The position numbers and the translations under genes are program-made. From Torpedo marmorata (taxonomy: Eukaryota), in assembly GCA_977017645.1 (NCBI GenBank), contig OZ360229.1, positions 42,780,001 through 42,844,000 of the forward strand: a stretch of DNA of 64,000 nucleotides. Reading direction: 5' to 3'. This document shows, one piece after another, positions 24,067 to 36,262 of this stretch; within the stretch, counting starts at the first letter, position 1, and each line of letters opens with the position of its first letter. The notes beneath the pieces were generated by a model. The model saw only the letters and a list, made by a program, of their open reading frames with translations. It was not told where the DNA came from and ran no database searches.

Positions 24067-25533
24067 GCAGCTGGAGGGAAACTTGAGTCCAAATGTTAGC
24101 CAGAGCTGTGATTCAAAACCATTGCTTTCCATCCAAGTTGAGACGGTCTAGCCCAGATGCTTTTGAGAAGTGGGCTTCTGCCAGTTTCTGATTCAATTTT
24201 GCCTGAACCCTGGTTAAGGCTACTCAATGAGTTTGCAACTGAAACATCAACTCTTTTCTAGTTGCCAATCTATCACTATCACAGCAGCAAGCGGGTTACC
24301 ATAACTGTCCTAGTTCTATTGCAGCTTAGAAAGAACACTAGTTACCTTCATTTGAAAGTTAAGCCAGTATCATAAAATAATTCACAATCAGCTTACCAAG
24401 AATCTGATCCTCGCAGTATCTTGGCAATGCACAACTAACATAAAAGGGGCCCTATTGGTCAACTTAACTTTGTACTTGAGTTGTTTAAAGAAAAAAGGGC
24501 TGTCAAGAAGAACCAGTTAGAAATGATAAGGAGGAAACAACTCCATGAGGAGCAATTTTTACTTCATTTAGATTTAATACCAGATTTTAAAAGAGAAATT
24601 AAAGACTTGATTTGCACATTTTCTATAATAAGGCATCATGTTTAATGCTAGATATTATAAAATAGAATTAGACAAACTTGGGGACCCATGAATATTTGGA
24701 TTGACAACTAAATGTTAAGGTTAATTGCTGAAATTATGGTACTGAATTAAAATAATTAATTGGAAAAATCTAAAATACCTTCAGTCCTTTCCAAGTTCTG
24801 AGTTTTTAGTGGGACATACTAACTGGTTATGACCGATTATCAGTGTAAGAGGTGTGTTTATTTTTAATCTAAAATCAAGCTTAGCACCAATGCAGTTTGT
24901 TTGATTTGATCAATAGCAATTGCATTTCCTTGTCTGTGTACATGCATTGTTCTTACCGAATTGTCTTGATAAAACAGACAAAAATCCAGAATCAGATCCC
25001 CAAAACATTACTTAGAACCTCGTGAATCTAATGTAATATAAATGAAATTTAACTTATTTGTTACTGTAAATCTGTGGTGATTGCGATTGTTATCTGAGAA
25101 GAGGTTATGGTTAGGAATAACAAAGGGCTCTAATCAATTAAAAACTGTTGGAAAATCCCCAACAAATAGTTCAACAGTGCCCCAGGCAAACTCATTGTTG
25201 TGTCAGAAACAGAACCTCTTTTGTATAGCAAGGGAATAACAGACAGTGAAGCATAGTTTAAAATATTTTTTATTAATTAATTGACACATTACCAAGATTC
25301 GGAGACAAATTTGACTCATGGGTCTTGCCTCAATTTTATGTTGTGTTTGTATCATTCCAAAGCAAAATTGTGCAAATTAGAAGCTCTCTTTATTTACCAT
25401 TGAATAATATTCAAAGTAGTGAATTTGCACGTCTTCAATTGAATGGTAATCCATCTGATAAGAACCTTTGACCCGTTCAAGTTTCTTTAATATAAATTTA
25501 AATACAGATCAAGCCCAAACTTTAAATATGGTA

Positions 25534-25592
25534 TCAGATTTCAGATTTATTGTCAGAGTACGTACATGACATCAACATACAACCCTGAGATT
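25534..25592 (-). mobile_element. Rex1-like LINE extreme 3' end
   Basis: Near-identical to 9897-9955 (cagatttcagatttattgtcagagtac...caaccctgagatt). Confidence 0.75.
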
Positions 25593-26911
25593 TAAGTTCA
25601 AGCTTAGTTTTTTTACTTGATTCTGAATATTTGCAAGTCAGCAGCTTATACTGCTCTGAAGGAAATGATAAATTACATCAGATGAAAAAAATTGTTTTCA
25701 TGCCAAGTTCTAGAATATGCCATAGACTGATAATATAATAAAATTAATGCTTTAAATTTGAATTCAAAATATGTAATATGGTTCATCTTTGGTCAATATA
25801 CCTGGAAATTTAGATTGTTGCCCGTTCTCTCATTCATAGTTATCTATTGTTCAGATTCCATATGGATAGAGATTACTTGCAATTTTATACTTCCTAAACC
25901 ATTGTGTTAGCAAAATAATGAAACAAGATTCAGAACAATAAAATTCTACATTATCCAGCTTCATTTATACTTCAAATGAATAAGTTAAAATGCACTATAT
26001 ATCACATTGTTACATGTATCATGTTTATATTTATCCCACCTGCAGTCACATTCTATTTATGTAAAATATTATAAAGTAATTTAAGAATCAGCTCTCAGGA
26101 AAAAAAAGTGTACTCTTCCAACAAACTATATTTTACACTTACTTCATTTGGTATTGCATACTGTGTACTGTACAGCACCAATGTAGGCAAATTGATTATG
26201 TTTACATAAATCATATACTACCAAGCAGAAGTAAAATCATATTACTGTAGTATATACTTCAAATATGAAATTGCCTCAATGGTAGAATATGCAACTGTAA
26301 TCTTATACACTGTAGAATTTACCTGAAAGAATACATTACACTTGGAATTATTTGAATCTATTTCAGTCATATTTATGCACAACTTCAAGACATGACTAAA
26401 TACTACACAGACATTTTATTTGGAGTTTATTTGAATAAAACTCCACCAGGATGAGATACCAGTTGGTATCTTAACTTAGCATTTCAGGTGATGGCAGAAA
26501 CATAAAACGTAAGGACTTCTGGGTGGTTGTATGGGTTGGATCTTATTTGAAAAATTAATTTACATGAAAAATAAGATCAAACTATATTAAACTATTTAAT
26601 AAGTCAAATGTAAGAACTAATTTCTTTTAACTTGCAGAACGTTCACCCAGCCAGTGTAGTGACAAATAACATGGTGGAAACATGCATGAGAAGAGAATGT
26701 GCTGATTCCTGATTGAACAGTAAACTGAGTGATACAGGCTGAGTAACAAGGCAGGAGGGAAATGAAAATGTTTGAATATTAATGCTACACCAGTAAGCAG
26801 AGAGCTTGCTCTGCTTGTCCACCGGGAGCTTGATTGCATTGTGCAACTGAAGAGCAAGGGGGCTCAGATGTATATTTCCTTTCTTCCCCATTAAAGTAGG
26901 ATATATCAGAA

Positions 26912-26930
26912 ACACACACACACACACACA

Positions 26931-26970
<40 letters not shown>
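26912..26970. repeat. (CA)n microsatellite
   Basis: About 29 CA units with one CT interruption. Confidence 0.95.
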
Positions 26971-26973
<3 letters not shown>

Positions 26974-28439
26974 CACCCCCCTCGTGTAGGACAGCATTCC
27001 TCCAATCTTAATGCCACATCTTACACCTTGTGTATATGCATACACATACGTAAGATTTATGTCCAGCATAATAGTTTACAATCACTATAAAGTATCGAAG
27101 GGGGCAGTTTAAATTAAAAAATATTGCCTTAATGTTGTCACTGTAGGTCTAGTCAAAATGGTGGAGAAAAAAATGTTAACGAAACATTCATTACACACAA
27201 TGCAAGAAGCAATATACCCTCCAAGGCACAGACAGCAGGAAAACACATTAGGAAACAACAGAATTGGCATCACAGATGTGCAAAGGGATATTTTTTATGT
27301 GTCAATGTTTTACTCAAAGGGGCACATCTAAACTGAGCACAGGGATAAATTCAGATACAGTATCTTTCAATTAATCTGAAGAGGCTCATTTGGGATCAAT
27401 CTGGATGTACCACTCATCCTTAATTACAAGACTTACCCTGCCACATTCTGCATGACATTACAGTGGTATTCAGAATTCCTTAAACAACAATTCACACTAA
27501 ATAAAAGTAGTGTATTGAAAGAAGCTGCATAGTATAGCCTGACAAAATTGATAATTTTAGTCGAAGATTTTTGTTCGTTTACTGAGAATGAAGTCTATTC
27601 ACAGCTAGGCAAGACTATATGCATTATTAACCAGTGCAGGTAAAATTTGAATTATTGTGGGCTGTTTTGGAGGAAATCTCTAAAGATAAAATTGATTTGA
27701 TTGGTAATCTAGTTCTAAGCAAATAAGTAAAGAATCACCAGAAACACCTTCTGTAAGTACATTATGATATTCATATATAAATAAAGCAACAGGGAATTAG
27801 CAATGCTGCAGTCTTGTTATTATGAATAAATCATGGAATTGCTGAGATAAACATTGCACATACCTGCAAAAGCTACATTAATATATAATAAAATAGTAAA
27901 AGCAGCATATATTATATGAATAATTTATCTAAAGTGTACTATGAAATTAGAAAAAATAGAGGGATGAGCATAATATGTGGTAAAGTAGTGAAGGTCACGG
28001 AGACAAGAGAAATAATATCAAATAATCTCAGATTTTTAAATAACAAATATTAGATGATTATTCAAAAGTATACAACCTAATGTAAGTATTTACAAGGTCT
28101 AATAGTTCAATTTCATGTGATATGAAAATACATTTAAGATATGGAAATAAGGCTCAGGGATTATTACAGAATGTATTACAATTTTACTGTGCATACTCAA
28201 AGCAAAAGTAAGTGGTTGATTGAAGTGCTGTTTGCAGCATTATAATCCAGCCCACGATGTTAAATATTATATATGCCTGCCTTCTCTTCATGTCTTTGTT
28301 GACCTCCGAAATGGCATTACTTTGACAAAGACCAGCTATCGGTTAGAAAGGTTGTTAATCTATGAAAAGAACGTTTTATATTATGTGAAAACGCTTCTAA
28401 AGTCGAAGGTCCCCACACCATTAAACCCGTGTATAGCTT

Positions 28440-28640
28440 CACGAGCTTTGTATCACCTGCCTATCACCTCCCAGCTTGTGGCCCTCACCCACCCCACACC
28501 CCCCACCCCCCACCCCCCACACACCCTTTTATTCTGGCTTTGCCCTCTTTCTGTCTAGTCCTGGTGAAGGTTTTTCTATTGCCTTCCATGGATGCTGCCT
28601 GTCCCGCTGAGCTCCTCCAGCATTTTGTGTGTTGTTACAC
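28440..28640 (+). mobile_element. Penelope-like 3'/pLTR remnant
   Basis: tatcacctcccagct...agtcctggtgaagg...ggatgctgcctgtcccgctgagctcctccagcattttgtgtgtt; related to other pLTR arms. Confidence 0.55.
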
Positions 28641-30910
28641 AATATAACGGTTTTATCGACCGAACTTTTTAGGGGGTTGCCTGTGTTTTCTAACTTGCGC
28701 AGTCCCCTTCAGGGAACCGTGAACTGTTTTTAAACGGTTGGGGGTGTTCCCAGATCGGTAGAAAACTAATCTGTATTTAGATCAAGAACGTCGTGGGTTC
28801 GAATCCGGGATAGCGCTGCATTGGGCAAAGATCGAAACCAAGTCTGGGTCGATGCTAATAATTAATTGGTTGTGGGCTTCCATTGTGGAAAGGATGGAGG
28901 AGACTGGGTTGCGGTTCTCATTAAATGAAACAGATGCCCGATTGACCATTCCCTTGTATAATTTGATTTTTTTTCTCACATCACTGGTTGTTGCAGGAAG
29001 ATAGTTTGTAATAAAATATTCCAAACCGAACATTCAACTCAATCATAATATGGTGAACGCGAGCATTAGCAACAGCGAGCTTTTAATTAAAAAGCGTTCA
29101 AACTGACTTGAAAATCCCATGGTGTGGTTTCTTAAAGGATCGTGCCAGAAATTGAGAACAGTAATTAGCCCAGGTGTGGAAGCGCGGGGTTGTGTTATAA
29201 AGACCCCACAACTCAAGGGCAAACTCCCCGCGTTGTCGTAACAGGCAGATTGGGAAACACTTTATCCATCATAGCTAGACCGCTCTTTTGACGTTTCCGA
29301 TTTAATAATATTATATGGAGGTTTGAACTGGCTGTTGTGTTTGGTATTTATTTTAACAAACAAAACGAGTGTTCAGGGAATACATGGTCCGTATACATCC
29401 ATTTCTCGTCCCAATTGTGGACGCCCCTGTCTCGCCTTTAACAAGTTGGTGCAATCATACAAATTAATCCACGTGAAGGCGAATCCTCTTTTCGTTAACG
29501 CAGAGCAGGTACTCGAAGTGCAACGCACAAATTTACGCAACCAGGGGAATGGAAATATATAAAATGTTGGGTAATTTTTTGTAAAGAAACGATATAAAAC
29601 TTTTTTATCCATTTATATCACACAAAAACAATCCAAAAGCGTGCTTGCATTTGAGAGCAAGCGACTGAAGTCCACGTGTCTCCAGCATCTTGTAATGTGA
29701 TCAGGTTAGTTAGCCCCAGAATATCAAACAGGTACAGCACCAATTAGAACAATTGTCATTCCCAATCTCACATACCGTCCCATTTCACGTACCACACTTC
29801 TTGTTTTCTGCCCTAGCAATGCTTTCCCATTTATTTAGTTTGTAGTTTTGTTTCACGCTTGCAGTTGTTGGAGCGACATGCCACGCTGCAACACGTCGTT
29901 CTCACGCCGGGCTTCACACGCACGAGAGTTTCACGTGGAAAATACAGCCGGTCATTTGCGAAAAATTTATTCATGACCAAAACTATGTTTTGCTTGATTA
30001 CAATTTATTACAAATAACTACTGTTCAAAGTTGGTGAGCGTCGCACATTACCGGCAGGTGGACTGACATCGACAACAACAGAGAAACTCTGCATCTGAGT
30101 CTTGTGGTGTCAGAACTCAAGGCTACTCGGCTCTTTATTGCACTTCTGGAAACAACAAAGAATATTAATAAAATCAACACCTTCTGCCCTCTACCGGCGA
30201 CTGTCTTTAATTATGATAACATGACTGGCGCCCTTTGAGATATAAAAACAATTGGTGTTATTTAATGGTTATTTACACTTTTAAGGTAGTACATCTCATT
30301 GAAGAAAATAACCCTGCTGTGAGCATCAGCGCTACGTTGACTCGCCACTTCCCACGTTTTCGTTTTTATTTTACGTCACTCCAGTTGCTTCTCTCCGTGT
30401 CTCATTTGGGACATGACCTGATTATTTTATTGGTGAAACAATAAAGGAACAACATATTAAAGTGGATGTATTTATTTTGGATTTCCTACCTAATGAGGGA
30501 AGTAAAGTTGATATAACAACGAGTACGCAGAAGATTGCATGTTATGAATTCTATGGGATGTATGGATATGAAAGTAAGGGTGGGAACAGACTCCGAAAGG
30601 TTTTCCTTTTGTAAATAATTTATTGTGAATAATCTCTCTCTCTCTCTCCCTCCCCCCTCTCTCCCCCACCCCTCGCAACTCATGTTCAACAGCAACTGGA
30701 TAACATTTGTTCTCAACCTTTCTTTCACACACAGACCACCTTTAGTATTCCTTTATTTACCATGAACTGCCTGTAGCAAACCCATCAACCAACAGTGGGA
30801 AGGAGGAGAGGTGTGTATGAGGGTGGGGGGTGGTGGTTGTGAGCTCAAACCTCTTCGAGAAAAGCAAGGGGATTTTTGTTTTGTCGGGAAAAAATTTTGA
30901 GAATTTTATT

Positions 30911-31516
30911 TATTTATTTATTTTTAAATATTTTATTTTCATTTTTAACAAACAATAAAACAAAATACTTCAAAAACAAATATCACATTATATAGTAATA
31001 CAATAAAAGTAACATATATAATTTTTAAAAACCCAATTACCCCAAACCTCCCCCCCCCCACCCAAAGAAGAAAAAAAACGAAACAAAACAAGTGGTTGAC
31101 AATGTTTATATAATGAGTAATTTCAAATATATAAAAGAAAGAAAAACTCCAAGGCTTCCCGGCAACAGGGCTTATCGCGTGAAGGAACCCAAAACAAATT
31201 ATAGCAAATCTTCTTTGATTTAATTTATCCTGACCCCAACTAATCTAAATAAGGTTGCCAAATTTTATAAAAAATAACCTGTTTGTTTTTAATGTTATAC
31301 GTAATTTTCTCCAATGGAATACAACTATTTATTTCTGAGGTCCATCTATCAATAGACAATGGGGAATCTGACTTCCAAGTAGTAATTAAACACTTTCTAG
31401 CCACACAAAAAGCTAAAGCTATTGGAGTTACTCTAATTTTAGATCCAGAGATATGCCTTTTGGGAACTTTTACTACTATTAAGGCACCCTAACCAGATAT
31501 CAAATTATATTTTTGG
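30911..31516 (-). mobile_element. L1/Tx1-clade LINE 3' fragment with 5' inversion, 12-bp TSD
   Basis: - strand encodes LAFCVARKCLITTWKSD...CIPLEKITYN...KIWQPY, then 3'UTR and A-rich tail. + strand 31416-31514 encodes the upstream KAIGVTLILDPEICLLG...YQIIF. TSD gagaattttatt at 30899-30910 and 31517-31528. Confidence 0.82.
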
Positions 31517-33645
31517 GAGAATTTTATTTTTATTAGTCTTCTAATGTATAATATTGTTTTACATATTACTTGTTTATTATATCAGCCAAATGTGTCTTCA
31601 CTACATCACCGTGGACCACCAGTGATTTGACCACAGGTTGAGAAATACTGTCCTATGGTGTTTTACCAGAGCATTATTGAACAATATTTGACACTGAAAG
31701 TCCTGAGGAGATGTAAGGACCAATAACCAAAGGAATAAAGGAGGAGATACATTAGAAAGACAGAGAATCCTGGAGAGAAAATTCCAGAGCTGAGCATATT
31801 GTAAGCTGAACAAAAGAACAGAATTGTAGGAGTGCAGGGATCTCAGTGATAGCAGATGGAAGGGCAACAGGGAGCCACAGCCCACTTTATCCAAGCAGGA
31901 GGGGGTAAAGGGAATGTAGCCAGGTTTCCCATTTCTGCCCTCTGTACAGCATTGCTCTGGGAGTGTGCAAGTGAGAAAGTTCAGCTTTGTGCCTTTTGTA
32001 CAATAAGTAACCTACCAACAGTCACATTTAGGGAATTACCATGTAGGTCGAGGCAAATATCACACACGGAAATGTACTTGAGCAAGGACTGAGTATCTTC
32101 AGTGAGAGTGGCAGAGAAATGTGACAAAAATAAATCAGTAAAATATCCCAAAGATCTGCATTGGGGAACTTTACCAACATGCCCATTTTGTGTCAGTTTC
32201 AAACATTTCTTTTGCCAGATGATAAAGACATCCAGAATCACCTCCAAGATAATACGTCATTTTTATGAAGCATCTGTGACATTACTGAATGTTTCAGTGT
32301 ACAACTTTGTTCTGTCTATATTCCACCATCAAAAGATAACTGCACAATACATCAAATAACATCCGTCAAATAACAGTTTTCTTTTTGATTTTCATTGCTC
32401 ACTCTTTCGTCTGTACAATTTCTAGAGTACTTGGTTACCAAGTTCAGCTAGCTAATTCTAAAAGCATAGCTTGTTCGAGTGAAGGCTTTTGTGTTTATTT
32501 CAAAACACATTGAATTCAGAGTAGAATAACTCCATTGAATAAACAACAAAGACTGGCACTGGAAACTATTCTTCCTATTTACAATTCTACAGGATTGGTG
32601 TTAGCAACTGTTTGTATTGTGGTGTGTCCTTCGACCACAACTACCACCAACTGTTGAATACTTTCAGTCTGGTTTAACCTTTGAAGCATTGTCACAAAGT
32701 TTTATTACATTGTATTTTTAAAGAAGAAGTTGTAAACGTGAATATGAGAAAAAATATCATTTTCTTTTCATTTATTGTACCGTTATTGCATACATACCTC
32801 CACTCCTTCAGGACTGTCCTCTAATAAATAATAATCTCCAAATTTCCGTTATTCTTTAACTTAGCTGCAAGATCAGACTGTTTATTCTACTATTTGAAAA
32901 TCCTTATCAAGTTTTAGTCTGACCTCAACATTCCAATGAGCCTCCTTTGTAGCAACCATAGGCAAAAAGCATTGTAGAAGGTTGGCCAAAAACATATTAT
33001 AAACATAAAGTGTTAGTATTTCTCAATTAAACAACAAAAGTAAAGAAAAATGCTGTTAACCTTATCTTCTACATTGCTTTCATAAGTTCAATTGTAAAAG
33101 ATTGAAAAAAAATAATATTTCACCCGGGGCGGAAGCCAAATTGTGGGTGTGAATTAATTCTGCACTACAATTGATCTTGTACTGTTTAACCTCTGTTCTT
33201 TTGGTGCACTCACGCAACACCAATTTCCAATTCACTACTGAAAGAAAGAATATGTACTTTTGATTTAAGCAAAGCCTAGAACTGTGAACATGTGTCAATC
33301 GCATTGGATATTAACCTGCTTCTTTCACTTTGAAGTTCCAAACATATTTAGATATTTAAATCCCTCCAAATACAAAGCCTTAATCTCAGATGCAGTTATC
33401 TAATTGCTGAAATTCTATATGATTTATAACCACTATGGCAGACAAGCTGCATTAGAGGTTACCCAACAGAAATGTTACTTATTTACATGACTCCAGATGT
33501 TTATTGCCTATGATTCGAACATCATCAAAATTTTGACTGACAGTTCAGACAGCGGGAGCCCTTTCTCTTCAGGAAAAAAAAATACTGCATGCAACGGAAA
33601 TATGAAATAAAAGCAGGTATGGCAGAATCCATGGAAATAGAAACT

Positions 33646-33649
<4 letters not shown>

Positions 33650-33718
<69 letters not shown>

Positions 33719-33895
33719 TCTCTCTCCATCCCTCTCCCTGTCTGTCTCTCCCTCTCTCCACCCCCTCTCCCTCTCTCCCTCCCTCAACCTCTCTCTCCCT
33801 CATCCACTCTCTCTCCCTGTCTCTCTCTTCCTCTCTTTCTCTTGCTCCCTCTCTTGCTCCCTCTCTCTCTCTACCTCTCTCTCTCTCTTGCTCTC
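33650..33895. repeat. (CT)n-rich polypyrimidine tract
   Basis: About 245 bp of perfect and degenerate CT repeats. Confidence 0.95.
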
Positions 33896-33988
33896 CTAAA
33901 GTGTTGATCATTTCTCTTTCCATGTATGCTGTCTAACCTTCTGGGTATTTGCAGCATTTTCTGTTTTCACTTCCCTTGTGGAGTCAGT

Positions 33989-35243
33989 AGGCCTTTTCAC
34001 ACCGCTGATTACATGTGAGTTAACCCTCCAAATTGGAGGGAAAAATCGCGCGAATCGCGTGGTGTGAAAAGACATAACCCGGCAAGGCGAGGGCTCTGAT
34101 ACATGGTGGGTTGGCGGTGTAAAAGGGGCTACTGTCTCTAGCCCCTTTTACACCACCAACCCACCGAGGAAGCGGGAAAACTTACAGGGAATGCTGGACT
34201 CGGGAGCTTTTCACACTGCACCATTATTTGCAGGTAATTCGCCAACTCGGGATTTTAAGGGGGGGTCCCACCTCCAGCGGTGACGTCACGAGAGATGTAT
34301 TACGTACAGCGCTCTGACAGCCCAGCTGACTGATTCATGGAACAGCGATTTGAATCGCTACACATAAGACATAGAGATTTTGGAATATTATATTACAATG
34401 TTTAACTCGGAATGCTTTTTAAATCGAGATGCCTGACAAGTTTTTATTAAACATAGGTGTTTTGCAATCAAAATTATTCCATTAAGTTTTACACATTTTT
34501 TGAAAGTGCATCGTGTCAGATCATTGTTTACAATTGGAATATTTAATGATCTGAGTTCCCTCACGCCGCCTGCTCCCTCACGCCGCCCGCTCCCTCACAC
34601 CGCCCACTCCCCCGCCCTGCTCCCTCATGCCGGGGCGACGGGGCTGTCGGGATGGAGCGGGGCGGTGGGATCAGTGTGCGGCTGATAGGGGGGAGATAGG
34701 GCAAGAGGAAGGGGGAATGGAAGAGAGAGGGACGGGGTGGAGAGGGAGGGGAATGGAGGAGGAAGGGAGCGGGGTGTCAGGGCTGTCAGGCCGCGGAGCG
34801 GGGGCTGTCAGGCAGCGGGGTTCAGGCAGCGGGACTCAGGCAGCAGAGCTGGGGGCTGTCAGGCAGCAGGGTTCAAGCAGTGGGGCTCAGGCAGCGGAGC
34901 GGGAGGCTGTCAGGCAGCGTGGCTCAGGCAGCGGGGCTCAGGCAGTGGAGCGGGGGGCTGTCAGAGCGCCACCGGCCGCGCTGTGAATTATAACTGACAC
35001 AAGCACTCAGGCACTTACGTCACTAATGGTACCCGGTAAGTCGAGTAGACCATTCACACCGCCAGAAGGCGATTAGTGAGTTAACTCGGCCGGGCTCTGA
35101 TACTTGCACCCACCATGTATCAGAGCCCGGTTGAAATTGACTCGCTTTGCTGGGTTATGTCTTTTCACACCGCGCGATTCGCGCGATTTTTCCCTCCAAT
35201 TTGGAGGATTAACTCACATGTAATCGGCGGTGTGAAAAGGCCT
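33989..35243. mobile_element. Non-autonomous DNA transposon (MITE), probably PIF/Harbinger
   Basis: About 100-bp TIRs AGGCCTTTTCACACCGC... / ...GCGGTGTGAAAAGGCCT; 3-bp TSD agt (33986-33988, 35244-35246); no transposase ORF. Confidence 0.8.
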
Positions 35244-35599
35244 AGTGTATGCCATCTCTAAGGCAGGATCCACAGATCAGAGGTAGGTAAAGAGCTCCCT
35301 CTAGGCTGTCCATTAATGCACGTCAACCTTTGCTTCAGAAGTGTATATTTCCACTATAGCTATATAAGATTTTTCAATTCGTCTTTCCACGAATCAATAT
35401 TATCCCATCAGTAAGATGTTAGCTCTTGAATCACTTATTTAGCAATTGCCAACAACAAGTTGAGATGGAAAAATCCTATCTTATTCCTATGATCTTAGTT
35501 CAATAGGAGGGATGGAACTGAAGAGGATTATATCAACTTCACTTCATTGGTTAAACTCCTGCAGGACCCAGATTTCACTTGCAGAGGAGCCACGATTGT

Positions 35600-35946
35600 A
35601 TGGAGAGATAAGAACAGGTAAGGTTGTTCTCCATCGTACAGTAAAGGTCAACTGAAGAATTACTAAAGTTGCTCAAAATTGTGAAGGCTTATAATGAAGC
35701 AAATAGAGGGAAACTGTTTACAAGCATGAGGATTAGTAACTGGAGGGTAGAGGTTTTTGATAATTGGACACGAACCAGGACGCAGACAAGGAGAATGTCT
35801 TTGTTTGTTCAGTTGTCATTATAACAAGGAATGCTAGGCTGAAATTCCAGTGGAAGTGTGTTTGTTATTAACCCTCTGAAGAGAATTGGATATGTACCCA
35901 AAGAGGAAAAAAGTACAGCACAATAAGGAATGAGCAGGAAAATGTG
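35600..35946 (+). mobile_element. Old CR1 3' remnant, host of the Gypsy insertion; continues at about 40326-40400
   Basis: Degenerate CR1 C-terminal/3'UTR motifs (ttgttctcc, agggaaactgttt, gagaattggatatgtac); tail-like gctggcatgtccgatgggtcaattgg after the right LTR. Confidence 0.5.
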
Positions 35947-35950
35947 ACCA

Positions 35951-36262
35951 TGTAGCGTAAGCTGCGCAGAATTCTGAAGAACAACACACAGTCAGTGGGT
36001 TGCAAGCAAGACTGTTTAATCGGGTCTCGCAGCCCTGGCTTTTAAGCAGGGCTGTGAGCTTAATTGTTGTCGTTTACATGACCATTGCCGCTTAATCGCT
36101 GTCGTCTACTTTACGATGGGAGCTGTACATTACAATGGGAACTTTCTGCGTGCAGGTCTGAAGAAGAAGGGGGGTCGGTGCCATCTTTGTGCTGGCCCCT
36201 GCTGTTGCCACGTGTACTTGCGCGGCCGCCATTCCGGGCACCGGTTCACTTTCCCAGAGTGG
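35951..36262 (-). repeat. 3' LTR (inner end and PPT missing)
   Basis: Homologous to 40018-40310 but joins the integrase end without TGTAGCG or a polypurine tract. Confidence 0.8.

Noticed and set aside
33508-33936. ERERER/SLSLSL ORFs
   Set aside because: Translations of the (CT)n tract.
34627-34997. Gly/Ala/Arg-rich ORFs; CRISPR-like repeats
   Set aside because: GC-rich minisatellite inside a MITE, with no unique spacers and in a eukaryotic context.
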